Positions 29,638-46,823 of a stretch of 64,000 nt of DNA are shown piece by piece. The first letter of the stretch is position 1. Each line of letters opens with the position of its first letter. The DNA comes from Myxococcota bacterium (GTDB taxonomy: Bacteria > Myxococcota_A > UBA9160 > UBA4427). A program made the translations under genes and the position numbers. The notes beneath the pieces are model-generated. The model was not told where the DNA came from. It made no database searches and saw nothing but the letters and a program-made list of their open reading frames with translations. The DNA lies in NCBI GenBank assembly GCA_965250285.1, contig OZ252299.1:1184001-1248000 (forward strand), read 5' to 3'.

Positions 29638-30422
29638 GCTTCGCAGAGCGCATCCAGGTCAAGACCCGGCGCGAGGTCGAGAAGATGCGGGAGGTCGGCC
29701 GCCAAACGGCGGAGATTCTCCTGACCTTGAGAGAAGAGGCAAAGGAAGGAGTGACGACGGGCGAGCTCAACGAGCACGCCGCGCGGGAGCTGAAGAAGAG
29801 AGGCCTGAACTCACCGTTCCTGGACTACGCGCCGGGCGGTGTGCCGCCGTACCCGGCGGTGCTGTGTACGTCGGTCAACGACGAGATCGTCCACGGCATT
29901 CCTGGCTCGAGGGTGTTGAAGAACGGCGACATCCTCAGCCTCGACTTCGGTGTGGAGAGTGAGGGCTGGCACGGTGACTCGGCCCTCACGATCGCCATCG
30001 GCGACATCCCCGGCGAGGTGCAGCACCTGCTCGAAGCGACGCATCGATCACTCTACGACGGCGTTGAGAAGATGGTGGCCGGGAAGAGGCTCTCGGACAT
30101 TGGCAACGCGGTACAGAAGACGGCAGAAGGAGCCGGCTACTCGGTGGTGAGACAGTTCGTGGGGCACGGGATCGGTCGGCAGATGCACGAGCCGCCGCAG
30201 ATCCCGAACTACGGACGCCCTGGACGGGGGCCGCGGCTGCTGCCGGGCATGGTCTTCGCGATCGAGCCCATGGTGAACGTGGGCACCGAGCGAGTCCGAA
30301 TGCTGGACGACGAATGGACGGCGGTCACCGCCGACGGAGAGCTGAGCGCGCACTTCGAGCACACGGTGCTCATCACAGACCACGGTCCCGAGGTGCTCAC
30401 CCGGGTCGAGGGGTCGCACTGA
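29634..30422 (+). CDS. map: Methionine aminopeptidase type I
   Basis: [34 protein letters not shown]. Confidence 0.97.
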   Translation: MSFAERIQVKTRREVEKMREVGRQTAEILLTLREEAKEGVTTGELNEHAARELKKRGLNSPFLDYAPGGVPPYPAVLCTSVNDEIVHGIPGSRVLKNGDILSLDFGVESEGWHGDSALTIAIGDIPGEVQHLLEATHRSLYDGVEKMVAGKRLSDIGNAVQKTAEGAGYSVVRQFVGHGIGRQMHEPPQIPNYGRPGRGPRLLPGMVFAIEPMVNVGTERVRMLDDEWTAVTADGELSAHFEHTVLITDHGPEVLTRVEGSH

Positions 30423-30481
30423 GAGCCCGAGCGAGGGGTGCGAGAGCGAGATCGCCGCGCAGAGCGCGGGAGGAGAGAGAG

Positions 30482-30595
30482 ATGAAGGTCCGAGCTTCGG
30501 TCCGAAAGATGTGTGACAAGTGCCGGATCATCCGGCGTCGCGGCGTCGTTCGGGTGATCTGCGAAAACCCCAAGCACAAGCAGCGCCAGGGCTGA
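30482..30595 (+). CDS. rpmJ: 50S ribosomal protein L36 (zinc-ribbon type)
   Basis: [14 protein letters not shown]...[11 protein letters not shown]. Confidence 0.97.
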   Translation: MKVRASVRKMCDKCRIIRRRGVVRVICENPKHKQRQG

Positions 30596-30661
30596 GGCGC
30601 GAGACGATTTCGTACGCGTCGAATCGGCTGAACCTGCCGGCGCGTACACGGAGGTAATCCA

Positions 30662-31042
30662 ATGGCCCGTATCGCGGGTGTCGATCTTCCGCGCAACAAG
30701 CGCATCGAGGTCTCGCTCACGTATATCTTCGGCGTGGGCAAGACTTCGGCCGGCAAGATCTGTGACAAGGCGGAGATCGAGCGGTCGACGAAGACCGATC
30801 ACCTGAGTGAGTCCGAGGTGATCCGGCTGCGCGAGATCATCGAGCGCGAGTACAAGGTCGAGGGTGACCTGCGCCGTGAGGTCAGCCAGAACATCAAGAT
30901 GCTGATGGACATCGGCTGCTATCGCGGGCTGCGGCATCGCCGAGGCCTGCCCGTGCGTGGCCAGCGCACGCACACCAATGCTCGGACGCGCAAGGGTCCG
31001 AAGAAGACCGTCGCGGGCAAGAAGCTCGCGCCCCGGAAGTAG
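30662..31042 (+). CDS. rpsM: 30S ribosomal protein S13
   Basis: [28 protein letters not shown]. Confidence 0.98.
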   Translation: MARIAGVDLPRNKRIEVSLTYIFGVGKTSAGKICDKAEIERSTKTDHLSESEVIRLREIIEREYKVEGDLRREVSQNIKMLMDIGCYRGLRHRRGLPVRGQRTHTNARTRKGPKKTVAGKKLAPRK

Positions 31043-31051
31043 AGGCGATTC

Positions 31052-31444
31052 ATGGTCGCGAAGAAGACCGTCAAGGGTAAGAAGAGGGTCAAGAAGAACG
31101 TCCCCAGTGGGGTCGCTCATATTCAGTCGACCTTCAACAACACGATCATCACGATCACCGACCCGGCCGGCAATGCCCTGTCGTGGGCGAGCGCTGGCCA
31201 GCAGGGCTTCAAGGGCAGTCGTAAGTCGACGCCCTTCGCCGCCCAGATGGCTGCCGAAGAAGCCGCTCGCAAGGCGATGGAGCACGGTGTTCGCAGCATC
31301 GGTGTGGTGGTCAAGGGCCCGGGTGCGGGCCGCGAGTCGGCGCTGCGTTCACTGCAGGCTGCCGGTCTGAAGATCACGATGATTCGGGATGTCACTCCCA
31401 TCCCGCACAACGGCTGCCGGCCGCCCAAGCGGCGCCGGGTCTGA
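31052..31444 (+). CDS. rpsK: 30S ribosomal protein S11
   Basis: [25 protein letters not shown]. Confidence 0.98.
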   Translation: MVAKKTVKGKKRVKKNVPSGVAHIQSTFNNTIITITDPAGNALSWASAGQQGFKGSRKSTPFAAQMAAEEAARKAMEHGVRSIGVVVKGPGAGRESALRSLQAAGLKITMIRDVTPIPHNGCRPPKRRRV

Positions 31445-31457
31445 GTCGGAGCGAGAC

Positions 31458-32084
31458 ATGGCACGATATCGAGGTTCTGTCTGCCGGTTGTGCCGGCGCG
31501 AAGGCACCAAGCTCTTTCTGAAGGGCGATCGCTGCTTCAGCGAGAAGTGCGCCATCGAGCGCCGCGCGTATCCGCCGGGCATGCATGGGCAGGGTCGCGC
31601 GCGGTTCAGCGACTACGGCTTGCAGCTGCGCGAGAAGCAGAAGGTGAAGCGCATGTACGGTCTGCTCGAGAAGCAGTTCCGCGCCACTTTCGACAAGGCG
31701 TCGGCGATGAAGGGTCGAGCGGGTGAGAACCTGCTGATCCTGCTCGAGCGTCGGCTCGACAACGTCGTGTTCCGTCTCGGCTACGCGACGTCGCGGGCCG
31801 AAGCGCGCCAGCTGGTGAAGCACGGTCACTTCCTGCTCGACGGGCAGAAGGTGAAGACGCCGTCGATCATGGTGAAGCCGGGCCAGAAGGTCACTCTGCG
31901 TGAACGCTCGCAGAAGGTCGAGCGAATCACCGCGGCCCTTGACGCGCTCGAGGGCAAGAGCGTGCCGCAGTGGCTCGAGATCGACCGGGAGCAGCTGGCT
32001 GGCAACGTCAAGCAGCTGCCCGTGCGAGACGACATCACGCTGCCGATCGACGAGCAGTTGATCGTGGAGCTCTACTCGCGCTGA
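31458..32084 (+). CDS. rpsD: 30S ribosomal protein S4
   Basis: CRLCRREG...[22 protein letters not shown]. Confidence 0.98.
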   Translation: MARYRGSVCRLCRREGTKLFLKGDRCFSEKCAIERRAYPPGMHGQGRARFSDYGLQLREKQKVKRMYGLLEKQFRATFDKASAMKGRAGENLLILLERRLDNVVFRLGYATSRAEARQLVKHGHFLLDGQKVKTPSIMVKPGQKVTLRERSQKVERITAALDALEGKSVPQWLEIDREQLAGNVKQLPVRDDITLPIDEQLIVELYSR

Positions 32085-32194
32085 TCGGGGAGCGCTCCGC
32101 CGCACGGAGCGTACCCATGAACGTCAGCGCTGAATGATTCGAACGCTCCGCCCGAAGGCGGAGTCGACCCGAAAGGGACGAAAGGGGGGTTCCG

Positions 32195-33223
32195 ATGCAG
32201 CAGGAACTGATGGCCCAGAACTGGCGGGCGCTGATCCGCCCGCGCCGCCTCGAAGTCGATGAGGCGTCGCACACGGCGTCCTACGGCAAGTTCTCGTGTG
32301 AGCCGCTCGAGCGCGGCTTCGGCACGACGCTCGGCAACGCGCTGCGCCGCGTGCTGATCTCGTCGCTCCAGGGCGCCGCGATCACGCAGATTCGCGTCGC
32401 CAACGTGCTTCACGAGTTCTCGACGATCCCCGGCGTCATGGAAGACGTCAGCGAGGTCGTGCTGAACCTCAAGGAGGTGCGGCTCCGCATGCACACCGAG
32501 GGGCCGAAGTCGATCACCATTCGCCGCAACGGCGAGGGCGAGGTCTTCGCGCGCGACTTCACGAGCGACGATCAGACGGTCGAGATCGTGAATGGCGATC
32601 ACAAGATCTGCACGATGTCGCCCGACGCCGAGTTCGAGCTCGAGGCCACCGTCGGTCATGGCAAGGGCTACGTGCTCGCCGATAAGAACAAGACCGAAGA
32701 GATGCCCATCGGCACGATCCCGATCGACTCGGTGTTCTCGCCCATCCGCCGTGTGAACTACACGGTGACGCCCGCCCGCGTGGGTCGCGAGACCGACTTC
32801 GACAAGCTGACGATGGAGATCTGGACCGACGGCACCGTCGACCCGGTCGACGCGCTCGCCTTCGCGGCCAAGATCGTCAAGGAGCAGATGACGATCTTCA
32901 TCAACTTCATCGAGGAGCCCGAGTCGGTGCCCGCGGTGGAGGACGAGCCCGAGCCGCTCAACCCGAACCTCTACAAGAGCGTCGACGAACTCGAGCTCTC
33001 GGTTCGGTCGGCGAACTGCCTCCAGAACGCGAACATCCGGTTCATCGGTGAGCTCGTGCAGCGCACCGAGGCCGAGATGCTCAAGACCAAGAACTTCGGG
33101 CGGAAGTCCCTCAACGAGATCAAGGAGGTGCTCGCCTCCATGGGACTCGCGCTCGGCTCGACCATCGAGAACTTGCCCTCGCGCAAGGATCTCGAGAAGC
33201 TGCGCGAGCAGCGCGAGGCCTGA
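32195..33223 (+). CDS. rpoA: RNA polymerase alpha subunit
   Basis: [38 protein letters not shown]. Confidence 0.99.
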   Translation: MQQELMAQNWRALIRPRRLEVDEASHTASYGKFSCEPLERGFGTTLGNALRRVLISSLQGAAITQIRVANVLHEFSTIPGVMEDVSEVVLNLKEVRLRMHTEGPKSITIRRNGEGEVFARDFTSDDQTVEIVNGDHKICTMSPDAEFELEATVGHGKGYVLADKNKTEEMPIGTIPIDSVFSPIRRVNYTVTPARVGRETDFDKLTMEIWTDGTVDPVDALAFAAKIVKEQMTIFINFIEEPESVPAVEDEPEPLNPNLYKSVDELELSVRSANCLQNANIRFIGELVQRTEAEMLKTKNFGRKSLNEIKEVLASMGLALGSTIENLPSRKDLEKLREQREA

Positions 33224-33224
33224 C

Positions 33225-33596
33225 ATGCGACACGGCAAGAGCGGAAGAAAGCTCGGACGCGACCAGAGCCACAGGAAGGCCATGTTTCGCAACATGGTGA
33301 CCTCGTTGCTCGAGCACGAGCGGATCGAGACCACCCACGCCAAGGCGAAGGAGCTGCGCGGCGTGGCCGAGCGGATGATCACGCTCGGCAAGCGCGGCGA
33401 TCTCCACGCCCGGCGCCAGGCGGCGGCCTACATCCGAAGCAAGGACGTGACGTCGAAGCTCTTCGACGAGCTGGCCGATCGCTATCGCGACCGCCCGGGC
33501 GGCTACACGCGCGTGATCAAGGTGGGCAACCGCGTGGGTGACGCGGCACCGATGTCGATCATCGAGCTCGTCGACCGCGCCGAAGGCGACGCGTAG
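33225..33596 (+). CDS. rplQ: 50S ribosomal protein L17
   Basis: [19 protein letters not shown]. Confidence 0.98.
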   Translation: MRHGKSGRKLGRDQSHRKAMFRNMVTSLLEHERIETTHAKAKELRGVAERMITLGKRGDLHARRQAAAYIRSKDVTSKLFDELADRYRDRPGGYTRVIKVGNRVGDAAPMSIIELVDRAEGDA

Positions 33597-33606
33597 CCCG
33601 CTTCGA

Positions 33607-34194
33607 ATGGCGGGCGAAGCGGACGAGACGCCCACCACCGGCGCGCCCGAAGAGTCGGGCGCGGGTGGCGGCCTCGGCGGCACGGGTTGGCTGCTCGCCA
33701 TCGCGATCATCGCGATGGCGGGCGCTTTGATCCTGCTGGGCGAGGGCGGGCCTGCCCCGCTTCGACGGGGCGACCCGGCGCCGGGCTTCGAGCTGGCGCG
33801 CCTCGGTTCGGCTGCGCCGATGTCTCTCGACGACCTCCGCGGTGAGGTCGTGCTGCTCAACTTCTGGGCCACCTGGTGCAAGCCCTGCGAAGACGAGATG
33901 CCGGCCATGCAGCGGCTCTACGAAGCCACGCATGAGCGTGGGTTCGAGCTCGTGGCCATCTCGGTGGACGACGAGCCCGGGCTCGTCGACGCCTTCGTCG
34001 CGCGCATGGGCCTGACCTTCCCCGTGCTGCTCGACCCCGACCAGGCGACTTCTCGCCTCTATCAGACGATGGGCTACCCCGAGTCGCTGCTGATCGACCG
34101 CAGTGGCGTGATCGTCGAGCGCTACGTCGGACCCAAGCCCTGGGACGAGCCGGGCTACGTCGCGCGGGTCGAGCGCCTGCTCGCGCAACCCTGA
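33607..34194 (+). CDS. Membrane-anchored TlpA/ResA-like thiol:disulfide oxidoreductase
   Basis: N-terminal TM, LNFWATWCKPC motif, YPESLLIDRSG. Confidence 0.88.
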   Translation: MAGEADETPTTGAPEESGAGGGLGGTGWLLAIAIIAMAGALILLGEGGPAPLRRGDPAPGFELARLGSAAPMSLDDLRGEVVLLNFWATWCKPCEDEMPAMQRLYEATHERGFELVAISVDDEPGLVDAFVARMGLTFPVLLDPDQATSRLYQTMGYPESLLIDRSGVIVERYVGPKPWDEPGYVARVERLLAQP

Positions 34195-34372
34195 CGATCC
34201 GCCGGTCACACCCGACCCACGCTCACCGAAGCGCTTACCCGAGATGCCCCGCAGGGCTGACGGACTTGCTGTGCAGATGGCGGCTCGCTCGGGGGGCACT
34301 CCCCGCACGATTCGGTACGATCCCCGCCGGAGAGGGGCGAGAGCCCTTCCATCCGGGTCCACGGGGGGTGGA

Positions 34373-34684
34373 TTGAGATCGTCGCTGCTGGTGCTGGGGC
34401 TCGCGGTGTGCGCCGCGACGCTCGTGGTCGTGGATCGCGATTCGGGCGTCGGGACGTGGCTCAGGCTGCGTTCGGAGCTCGCTGAGTCGTCCACGCGCAT
34501 TCGCCAGCTCGAGGCCGAGACGGTCTCGCTCCGGCGGCAGATCGAAGAGCTCCGCACCCATCCCTGGGCCATCGAGCGAGCGATTCGAGAGGATCTCGAT
34601 CTGGCTCGGCCAGGTGAGGTGCTGATCCGATTTCGACCGGCGAGCACCGGCGAAGCGGGGCGCGCCAGCGCCGACCGCGGCTGA
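34373..34684 (+). CDS. Septum formation initiator (FtsB/DivIC family)
   Basis: TM helix, coiled coil, IERAIREDLDLARPGEVL; TTG start uncertain. Confidence 0.75.
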   Translation: MRSSLLVLGLAVCAATLVVVDRDSGVGTWLRLRSELAESSTRIRQLEAETVSLRRQIEELRTHPWAIERAIREDLDLARPGEVLIRFRPASTGEAGRASADRG

Positions 34685-34704
34685 GAACGGAGACGGCGAG
34701 GCCG

Positions 34705-35337
34705 ATGACACGCGAGTCCAGCACACGCAAGCGATCGACGGAGTCGCGCCTGATCTTCACGCTGCTCGGCGTGACGGTCTGGATCGCCGCAGGCTTCGTG
34801 ATCGGCCTGGTCGCAGGCGTGGTCTCCGAAGAGCCGGAGCTGCTCGTGGGACACATGGCCGGCCGCGACACCGAGATCGAGTGGGCCGCAGGTGGCAGCG
34901 AGTCGGGCGACACCGTCGCCCTCATCGAGGCGAATGACGATGGCGGGGCGCTCGCACCGGTCGGCGCAGCGCCGCGGTCGCTGCTCGACGACCCGCCGCC
35001 GCAGACGACGTCGATCCTGAAGGACGAGACCGCGTCGGTCGAGGCCGCGCAGTTCGCGGCCGCGAAGAAGGCCGGCGAAGCGAAGCCGCCGACGACCGCG
35101 GGCCCTCGCTTCCTGATCCAGGTCGGGGCGTACGACAGCCGCGCATCGGCGAGCGAGGTGGCCGAGACCCTGCGCGGCAAGGGGTACGCGGTCGAGGTGC
35201 TGAGCAACTCCGACGACGGCCGCTACCGCGTGCGCGTCGGTCCAGTCGCCGCGCGGGATCGCGCCGAAGGGCTTGCGAAGCGTCTCGAGGACGACGAGGG
35301 GCTCCCCACCTGGATCCTGCGCGTCCGCGAGAGCTGA
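34705..35337 (+). CDS. Membrane-anchored SPOR domain protein
   Basis: N-terminal TM, low-complexity linker, IQVGAY...YRVRVGP. Confidence 0.85.
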   Translation: MTRESSTRKRSTESRLIFTLLGVTVWIAAGFVIGLVAGVVSEEPELLVGHMAGRDTEIEWAAGGSESGDTVALIEANDDGGALAPVGAAPRSLLDDPPPQTTSILKDETASVEAAQFAAAKKAGEAKPPTTAGPRFLIQVGAYDSRASASEVAETLRGKGYAVEVLSNSDDGRYRVRVGPVAARDRAEGLAKRLEDDEGLPTWILRVRES

Positions 35338-35357
35338 GCACCGATCGGAGTTTCGAG

Positions 35358-36301
35358 ATGCGTTGTGGGGTGACCGGGAGCGGCGGCCAGCTGGGTCGAT
35401 GCCTCGTCGCGCGCCTCGAGGCGGCGCCGAAACACACTCTCGCGTTTGCCACCGGTCATGCCGACTGCGATCTGGGGCGCGCGGATCACGTCGACGCGCT
35501 CTTCGACGACGGACCCGCGGCCGGGGCCGACGTCGTCTTCAATGCCGCCGCGTACACGGCGGTCGACCGGTGCGAGCAGGAAGAGCCGCTCGCCCACGAC
35601 ATCAATGCCGACGGCGTCGCCCACCTGGCGCGCCGCTGTCAGGAAAGCGGAACCCTTCTCGTGCACGTTTCGACCGACTACGTCTTCGCCGGCGACGCCC
35701 GTGCGCCCTACGCAGAAGGGGACGCGACCGCGCCGGTCAACGCCTATGGCCGGACGAAGCGGGCGGGGGAGCAGGCTGCGCTCGAGGCCGCCCCCGACGC
35801 CCTCGTGGTGCGCACCAGCTGGGTCTTCGGGCCCGGGCGCAACTTCGTCGTCGCGATCCTCGAGCAGGCTCGCAAGCGACGCTCCGGCGAGCTCGAGGGG
35901 CCGCTCAGCGTCGTCGATGACCAGGTCGGGGCACCGACGTATGCCGACCACCTCGCCCAGGGGCTGATCGGGCTCGCCGAGCTGGCCCGCCCTGCGCCCG
36001 GCGACAAAGCCACGCCCAAGCCGGATGAACCCGTTCGGGGCCTCTACCATCTGACAGGGGGTGGCTCGACCACGTGGTGGGGGTTCGCCCGCCGCATCCT
36101 CGACCGGACCGGGCACGCAGATCTTGCGATCGACCGCGCCGCAACGGCCGGTCTCGATCTGCCTGCTGCGCGGCCGGCGTACTCGGTGCTCGATACCCGC
36201 CGGGCGGCGGGGCTCGGCGTCGCGCTGCCCGCGTGGGAGCAGGGCTTGGACGACTATCTCGCGTCGCACGATGGTGCGGCGCTGCTGGAGGCGCGGGCCT
36301 G

Positions 36302-36302
<1 letters not shown>
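35358..36302 (+). CDS. rmlD: dTDP-4-dehydrorhamnose reductase
   Basis: [38 protein letters not shown]. Confidence 0.92.
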
Positions 36303-38106
<1,804 letters not shown>

Positions 38107-38110
<4 letters not shown>

Positions 38111-39054
38111 GCGCGTCCACCGACGAGTCCGCCCTCGAGGAGGGCGCCGAGGCCGAAGGTCAGACCCGCGCCGGAGCAATCTGGGAGCAGGTCTGGACGC
38201 TCGCCCTCGCGATCCTCATCGCCCTCGGCATTCGCGCCTTCGTGATCGAGCCCTTCCGGATCCCGTCCGGCTCGATGCTGCCGACGCTGTTGATCGGCGA
38301 TCACCTGTTCGTGAACAAGTTCGTGTACGGGCCCCGGATCCCCTTCACCGACATCCGACTGCCGGGGCTGCGCGAGCCGGAGCGCGGCGACATCGTCGTG
38401 TTCGAGGTCGCGCGCGGGCCGGGGGGCCTCGACTCGGGGATCTTCCCGGCCGACGAACGTCCCGAGCTGACCCAGGACGACTTCGTGAAGCGCATCGTCG
38501 GGCTGCCGGGCGACGAGCTCTCCGTCGTGAATGGCCGCATCTTCGTCAACGGCGAAGAGATGGCCTGGGCCGAGACCGGCAAGACTTTCGTCGATGCCCA
38601 TGGCCGAACGCTCACCTGGTACCGAGAGAACCTCGATGGCTGCGTCCACGACGTGCTCGACGACCCGGTGCCGGGGGTCGGGGGCGCGCCGCCGCGCAGC
38701 CTCGTCGTGCCCGAGGGCCGCTACTTCATGATGGGCGACAACCGCGACTGGTCGAACGACAGCCGCGGCTGGGGCACCGTGCGCCTCGAAGAAATGAAGG
38801 GCCCGGCGTTCTTCCTGTACTGGTCGTGGGACGTGAACGGCAGCGCGATCCAGTTCCTGAACCCGGTCAACTGGGTGACGGCCGACAAGCGCTGGGATCG
38901 CGTCTTCACGCGGGTCGGCTGTGACTCGGTGAGCGACGGCGCCGCGGCGCGGCGGTCGCCGCCGGCCGAGCCCGCGCAGGTCGCGAGCCAGCCGATGTCC
39001 GTCGCCGCGCCCCGGGCGCCGGTCATGGCCGCGGCGGGGCCTGCGGCCGGCTGA
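38107..39054 (+). CDS. lepB: Signal peptidase I
   Basis: [33 protein letters not shown]. Confidence 0.96.
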
Positions 39055-39268
39055 GCGGCGATTCGCAGCCCACCCGCGCCGGGTGCGCCCGCCTCGCCCC
39101 TCGGCTCTTCGGCCGCAGCGGGGCGCACAGCGCCGCTCAGGTGCAGGCGAGCGCGAACCGGCCCGGGCCGGCGCGAATTCACACCCCCATCCGCCGCTGA
39201 AAGGGCACTCACATCGGGTGCGCCCCTTTTGGGCGTGCGCGATCCGCGATAGATTCCGGCCGCGCAGA

Positions 39269-39303
39269 ACCTTTTAAGCTCGTCCCGAGAGACGGGTAAA
39301 GGT
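39269..39303 (+). promoter_or_regulatory. PyrR-binding RNA stem-loop overlapping the pyrR ribosome-binding site
   Basis: ACCTTTTAAG-CTC-GTCCCGAGAGAC-GGGT-AAAGGT matches the PyrR binding-loop pattern (CUUUAA...GUCCNGNGAG...AAGG). Confidence 0.8.
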
Positions 39304-39308
39304 GACTG

Positions 39309-39947
39309 GTGACCAGCCCCACGCCCCCCAGCTTGCGGCCCGAAGAGGCCCGCCCGCCCGCGCGCACGCGTGTCGTGCTCGACGACGTCGCGATCCGACG
39401 CGCGTTGATGCGCATCGCGCACGAGATCGTCGAGACGGGCGACGAGCTCTCCGACCTCTACCTCGTGGCGATCCCGAACGGCGGCGTTCCACTCGGACGA
39501 ATCCTCGTCGAGAACCTCGCTCAGGTGGCCGACGCCTCGCTGTCGATGGGCATCCTCGACACCACGCTGTATCGCGACGACCTGACGACCCGCGGTACGC
39601 GGCCGAGACTGCGCCGGACCGAGATGCCTTCGACCGTCGACGACCGCGTCGTCGTGCTGGTCGAAGACGTGGTGAACACGGGCCGTACGATCCGCGCCGC
39701 CATGGATGCGCTGATGGATTTCGGTCGTCCGCGCGCGGTGCGCGTGGTCGCGCTGGTCGACCGGGGGCACCGCGAGCTGCCCATCAAGATCGATTACGTC
39801 GGCAAGAACATCCCGACCCAGCCCGGCGACAAGGTCCGGCTGCGGGCGGGGGGTGACGGGGCGGAGCTGGAGGGCGCCGAAGCCCTCGAGGTCGTGATCG
39901 AGGCCTTTCCGCGCGTCGGGACAGAGTCGAGCGAGGGGGTCTCATGA
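39309..39947 (+). CDS. pyrR: Pyrimidine regulatory protein / uracil phosphoribosyltransferase PyrR
   Basis: RALMRIAHEI, LYRDDL, TGRTIRAAMDAL, DRGHRELPI. Confidence 0.95.
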   Translation: MTSPTPPSLRPEEARPPARTRVVLDDVAIRRALMRIAHEIVETGDELSDLYLVAIPNGGVPLGRILVENLAQVADASLSMGILDTTLYRDDLTTRGTRPRLRRTEMPSTVDDRVVVLVEDVVNTGRTIRAAMDALMDFGRPRAVRVVALVDRGHRELPIKIDYVGKNIPTQPGDKVRLRAGGDGAELEGAEALEVVIEAFPRVGTESSEGVS

Positions 39948-40873
39948 TCGGACAGGATCTGCTTGGGATCGAAGATCTCTCACGCCAGGACATCGAGTTG
40001 ATCCTCGAGACCGCCGAGCGCATGCAAGAGATCGGGACGCGCGAGGTCAAGAAGGTGCCGACCCTGCGCGGTCGCACGATCGTGAATCTCTTCTTCGAGC
40101 CGTCGACCCGCACGCTGGCGAGCTTCGAGATCGCCGGCAAGCGTCTCGCCGCCGACGTCGTGAACTTCTCCGCATCGAGCTCGAGCCTGACGAAGGCCGA
40201 GAGCCTGCTCGACACGGCACGCACCCTCGACGCGATGGATCCCGACGCCGTCGTCGTGCGCCACAAGGTCGCGGGCGTGCCCCAGCGAATCGCCGACGTG
40301 CTCGACTGTCCCGTCATCAACGCGGGCGACGGCGCGCACGAGCATCCCTCCCAGGCGCTGCTCGACATGCTGACCGTGCAGCAGGCCAAGCAGCGCATCG
40401 AAGGCCTGACCGTCGCGATCATCGGCGACATCGCGCATTCGCGGGTGGCACGCTCGAACATCTACGGCTTCACGAAGCTCGGCGCCGAGGTGCGCGTCTG
40501 CGGCCCCCCGACCATGCTGCCGCCCAATGTCGAGGCGCTCGGCGTCAAGGCGTATACGCGCCTGCGCGAGGCCCTCGACGGGGTCGACGTGGTGATGGCG
40601 CTGCGCATCCAGAACGAGCGGCTCGAGGGCGCCTGTTTTCCGAGCGTACGCGAGTACTCGGCGACGTTCGGCATCGACCGCCAGAAGCTGCGCTTTGCGC
40701 GTCCCGACGCGATCGTGATGCATCCCGGGCCAGTGAACCGCGGCGTCGAGCTCAGCCATGAGCTGACCGACCACAAGCCGAGCGTGATCCTCGATCAGGT
40801 GCGCAATGGCGTCGCCCTGCGCATGGCGCTGCTCTACCTGATCGCCGGACGCCACCGCGACGGAGGCGCATAG
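39944..40873 (+). CDS. pyrB: Aspartate carbamoyltransferase
   Basis: FFEPSTRT, HEHPSQALLD, MHPGPVNRGVE. Confidence 0.97.
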   Translation: MIGQDLLGIEDLSRQDIELILETAERMQEIGTREVKKVPTLRGRTIVNLFFEPSTRTLASFEIAGKRLAADVVNFSASSSSLTKAESLLDTARTLDAMDPDAVVVRHKVAGVPQRIADVLDCPVINAGDGAHEHPSQALLDMLTVQQAKQRIEGLTVAIIGDIAHSRVARSNIYGFTKLGAEVRVCGPPTMLPPNVEALGVKAYTRLREALDGVDVVMALRIQNERLEGACFPSVREYSATFGIDRQKLRFARPDAIVMHPGPVNRGVELSHELTDHKPSVILDQVRNGVALRMALLYLIAGRHRDGGA

Positions 40874-40875
40874 CC

Positions 40876-42180
40876 ATGGCGAAGACGCTGATTCGCGGCG
40901 GCCGACTGCTCGACCCGAAGAAGGGGCGGGACGAGACGCTCGACCTGATGATCGACGGCGAGACGGTCGCCGCCGTCGGTTCGGGCCTGTCCGACGACGG
41001 CGCTCAGGTCGTCGACGCTGCGGGCTGCTGGGTGGTCCCCGGCTTCGTCGACATGCACACGCACCTGCGTGAACCCGGCGAAGAGTACAAGGAAGATCTC
41101 GCCTCGGGCGGCCGCGCGGCCGTTGCCGGCGGCTTCACGGCGATCGCGTGCATGGCGAACACGCACCCGGTCAACGACGACCCCTCGGTGACGAAGTACA
41201 TCCTCGACCGTGCGGCCAAGGATTCGCCCGCGCGCGTGCACCCGATCGCCGCGGCGACGAAGGGGCTCGACGGCAAGGTGATGACCGAGATGGCCGCGCT
41301 CGTCGAGGCCGGGGCCGTGGCGTTCAGCGACGACGGCGCGACGATCATGAACACGTCGGTCATGCGCTCGGTGCTCGAGTATTCGCGCCTCGTCGACAAG
41401 CCGGTCATCGTGCACGCCGAAGACTGTGGCCTGCGCGGCGAGGGCGTCGTCAACGAAGGCCGGGTCTCGACGCTGATCGGCCTGCCGGGCAACCCGGTCG
41501 AGGCCGAGGAGATCATGGTCGCGCGCGATCTACGCCTGGCCGCGCTGACGGGGGCGCGGCTCCACATCGCCCACGTGTCGGCCGGGGGGTCGGTGCAACT
41601 CATTCGCGAGGCGCGGGAGGCGGGGCTGGCGGTCACCGCCGAGGTGACGCCGCATCACCTCACGCTGACCGACGAGGCGACGAGCGGTTACGACACGAAC
41701 TTCAAGATGGCCCCGCCGCTGCGTACGGCCGAAGACGTCGCCGCGCTGCGCGCGGGTCTGGTCGACGGCGTGATCGACGCGATCGCGACCGACCACGCTC
41801 CTCACGCCGAGCACGAGAAGGACGTCGAGTTCACGGCGGCCCCATTCGGCGTCACGGGCTTCGAGACGGCGCTGCCGGTCTGTCTCGATCTCGTGCGCGC
41901 AGGCGAGCTGGCGCCCCTCGAGTTGGTGCGGCGGCTGGCGACATCCCCGGCTGCGATCCTCGGGCTCCAAGGCGGCGGCCTCGCCGAGGGCGCCATCGCG
42001 GACGTCGCTTTGGTCGATCCCGAAGAGCGCTGGGTCTACGACCCGACGGTGGGTGCGTCGAAGAGCCGCAACTCGCCCTGGGCCGGCCATGAGATGCACG
42101 GCCGCGTGCGAATGACATGGGTTTCGGGCCGCCGCGTCCACGACGTCACGCAGCGAGACCGAGAAGGAGAAGCAAGGTGA
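40876..42180 (+). CDS. pyrC: Dihydroorotase
   Basis: [17 protein letters not shown]. Confidence 0.95.
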   Translation: MAKTLIRGGRLLDPKKGRDETLDLMIDGETVAAVGSGLSDDGAQVVDAAGCWVVPGFVDMHTHLREPGEEYKEDLASGGRAAVAGGFTAIACMANTHPVNDDPSVTKYILDRAAKDSPARVHPIAAATKGLDGKVMTEMAALVEAGAVAFSDDGATIMNTSVMRSVLEYSRLVDKPVIVHAEDCGLRGEGVVNEGRVSTLIGLPGNPVEAEEIMVARDLRLAALTGARLHIAHVSAGGSVQLIREAREAGLAVTAEVTPHHLTLTDEATSGYDTNFKMAPPLRTAEDVAALRAGLVDGVIDAIATDHAPHAEHEKDVEFTAAPFGVTGFETALPVCLDLVRAGELAPLELVRRLATSPAAILGLQGGGLAEGAIADVALVDPEERWVYDPTVGASKSRNSPWAGHEMHGRVRMTWVSGRRVHDVTQRDREGEAR

Positions 42181-43430
42181 GCCCCAACCCCCCGAACGAC
42201 GCCCCCCAGCACGAGGGCCGCGTGGGCATTCGTCAGCCCGGTCGACCGGCCGCGCTCGCGCTGGCCGACGGCACCGTCTATCGCGGTCAGGCGTTCGGCG
42301 CCGAGACCGTGACCGATGGCGAGGTCGTCTTCAACACGAGCATGACGGGCTACCAGGAGATCCTCACCGATCCTTCGTACGCCGGGCAGATCGTGACCAT
42401 GACGTACACGCAGATCGGCAACGTCGGCGTGAATGCCCAGGACGAAGAGAGCCTGCGCCCGTTCCTGTCGGGCTTCGTCGTCAAGGAGCTCTTCGAGGTG
42501 CACTCGAACTGGCGCGCCGAGAGCGGTCTCTCGGCGCGCATGCGCGACGCCGGAGTGCCCGGGCTGGCGGGCATCGACACCCGCGCGCTCGTCCGCCGCA
42601 TCCGCACCGGGGGGGCTCAGGTCGGCGTGATCTCGACCGACCCCGCCGTGCAGAACGACGCCGAGCTGGTCGAGCGCGCGCGCAGCGCGCCGGGTCTCGA
42701 CGGCCGAGACCTCGTCGCCGACGTCACCTGCCAAGCGGCCTACGACTGGTCGGAAGGGCGCTGGGAAGGTGTCTCGGGCCAGGTGCCCCGCGATGGCCGG
42801 CCCGACAAGAAGCTCAAGCTCGTGGCCTACGACTTTGGCGTGAAGCGCAACATCCTGCGCATGCTCGTCGACGAGGGCTTCGATGTGACGGTCGTGCCGG
42901 CGACCACGCCCGCGGCCGATGCGCTCGCGCGCGAGCCCGACGCGATCTTTCTCTCGAACGGCCCGGGGGATCCGGCCGCCGTGCAGGGGGTGCAGCCCAT
43001 CGTCCGCGAGCTCGCGGCCCGCAAGCCTCTGTTCGGCATCTGTCTCGGGCACCAGATCCTCGGTCTCTCGCTCGGTGGCAAGACGACGAAGCTCAAGTTC
43101 GGGCACCACGGTGGCAATCAGCCCGGGCAGGACGTCGCCACGGGCAAGGTCGCGATCTGCGCCGAGAACCACGGCTACGCCGTCGATGCGCAGTCGCTGC
43201 GCGACGCCGGCGAACCCGTCGACATCACGCACATCAATCTGAACGACGGCACCGTCGAAGGGCTGGCCCACGTCGAGAAGCCGATTTTCTCGGTGCAGTA
43301 CCACCCCGAAGCTTCGCCGGGCCCGCACGACGCAGCGTATCTCTTTCGTCGCTTCCGCCGCATGGTCGAGCGGAGCGTCGACGGTGACCCGATCTCGGGC
43401 GCCGCGATCGCGAAGGAAGATGCTGCCTGA
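42177..43430 (+). CDS. carA: Carbamoyl-phosphate synthase small subunit
   Basis: [34 protein letters not shown] overlaps pyrC stop. Confidence 0.96.
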   Translation: MSPNPPNDAPQHEGRVGIRQPGRPAALALADGTVYRGQAFGAETVTDGEVVFNTSMTGYQEILTDPSYAGQIVTMTYTQIGNVGVNAQDEESLRPFLSGFVVKELFEVHSNWRAESGLSARMRDAGVPGLAGIDTRALVRRIRTGGAQVGVISTDPAVQNDAELVERARSAPGLDGRDLVADVTCQAAYDWSEGRWEGVSGQVPRDGRPDKKLKLVAYDFGVKRNILRMLVDEGFDVTVVPATTPAADALAREPDAIFLSNGPGDPAAVQGVQPIVRELAARKPLFGICLGHQILGLSLGGKTTKLKFGHHGGNQPGQDVATGKVAICAENHGYAVDAQSLRDAGEPVDITHINLNDGTVEGLAHVEKPIFSVQYHPEASPGPHDAAYLFRRFRRMVERSVDGDPISGAAIAKEDAA

Positions 43431-43528
43431 ACCCGACCCGGGACGCCGCCCGCGAGGGCCGACCCGGGTCCCATGCCCCTCGTTCGACGCGCCGCCGCGC
43501 AGCGCGGCGACCCGAAGGATCTCAAAAC

Positions 43529-46753
<3,225 letters not shown>

Positions 46754-46823
46754 AGCCGCCGGCCAGGGTCGACGTTCGGGGCTGCTCGCATCGCCGAGCC
46801 ATGAGGCAGGAGCCCGAGGCGAG

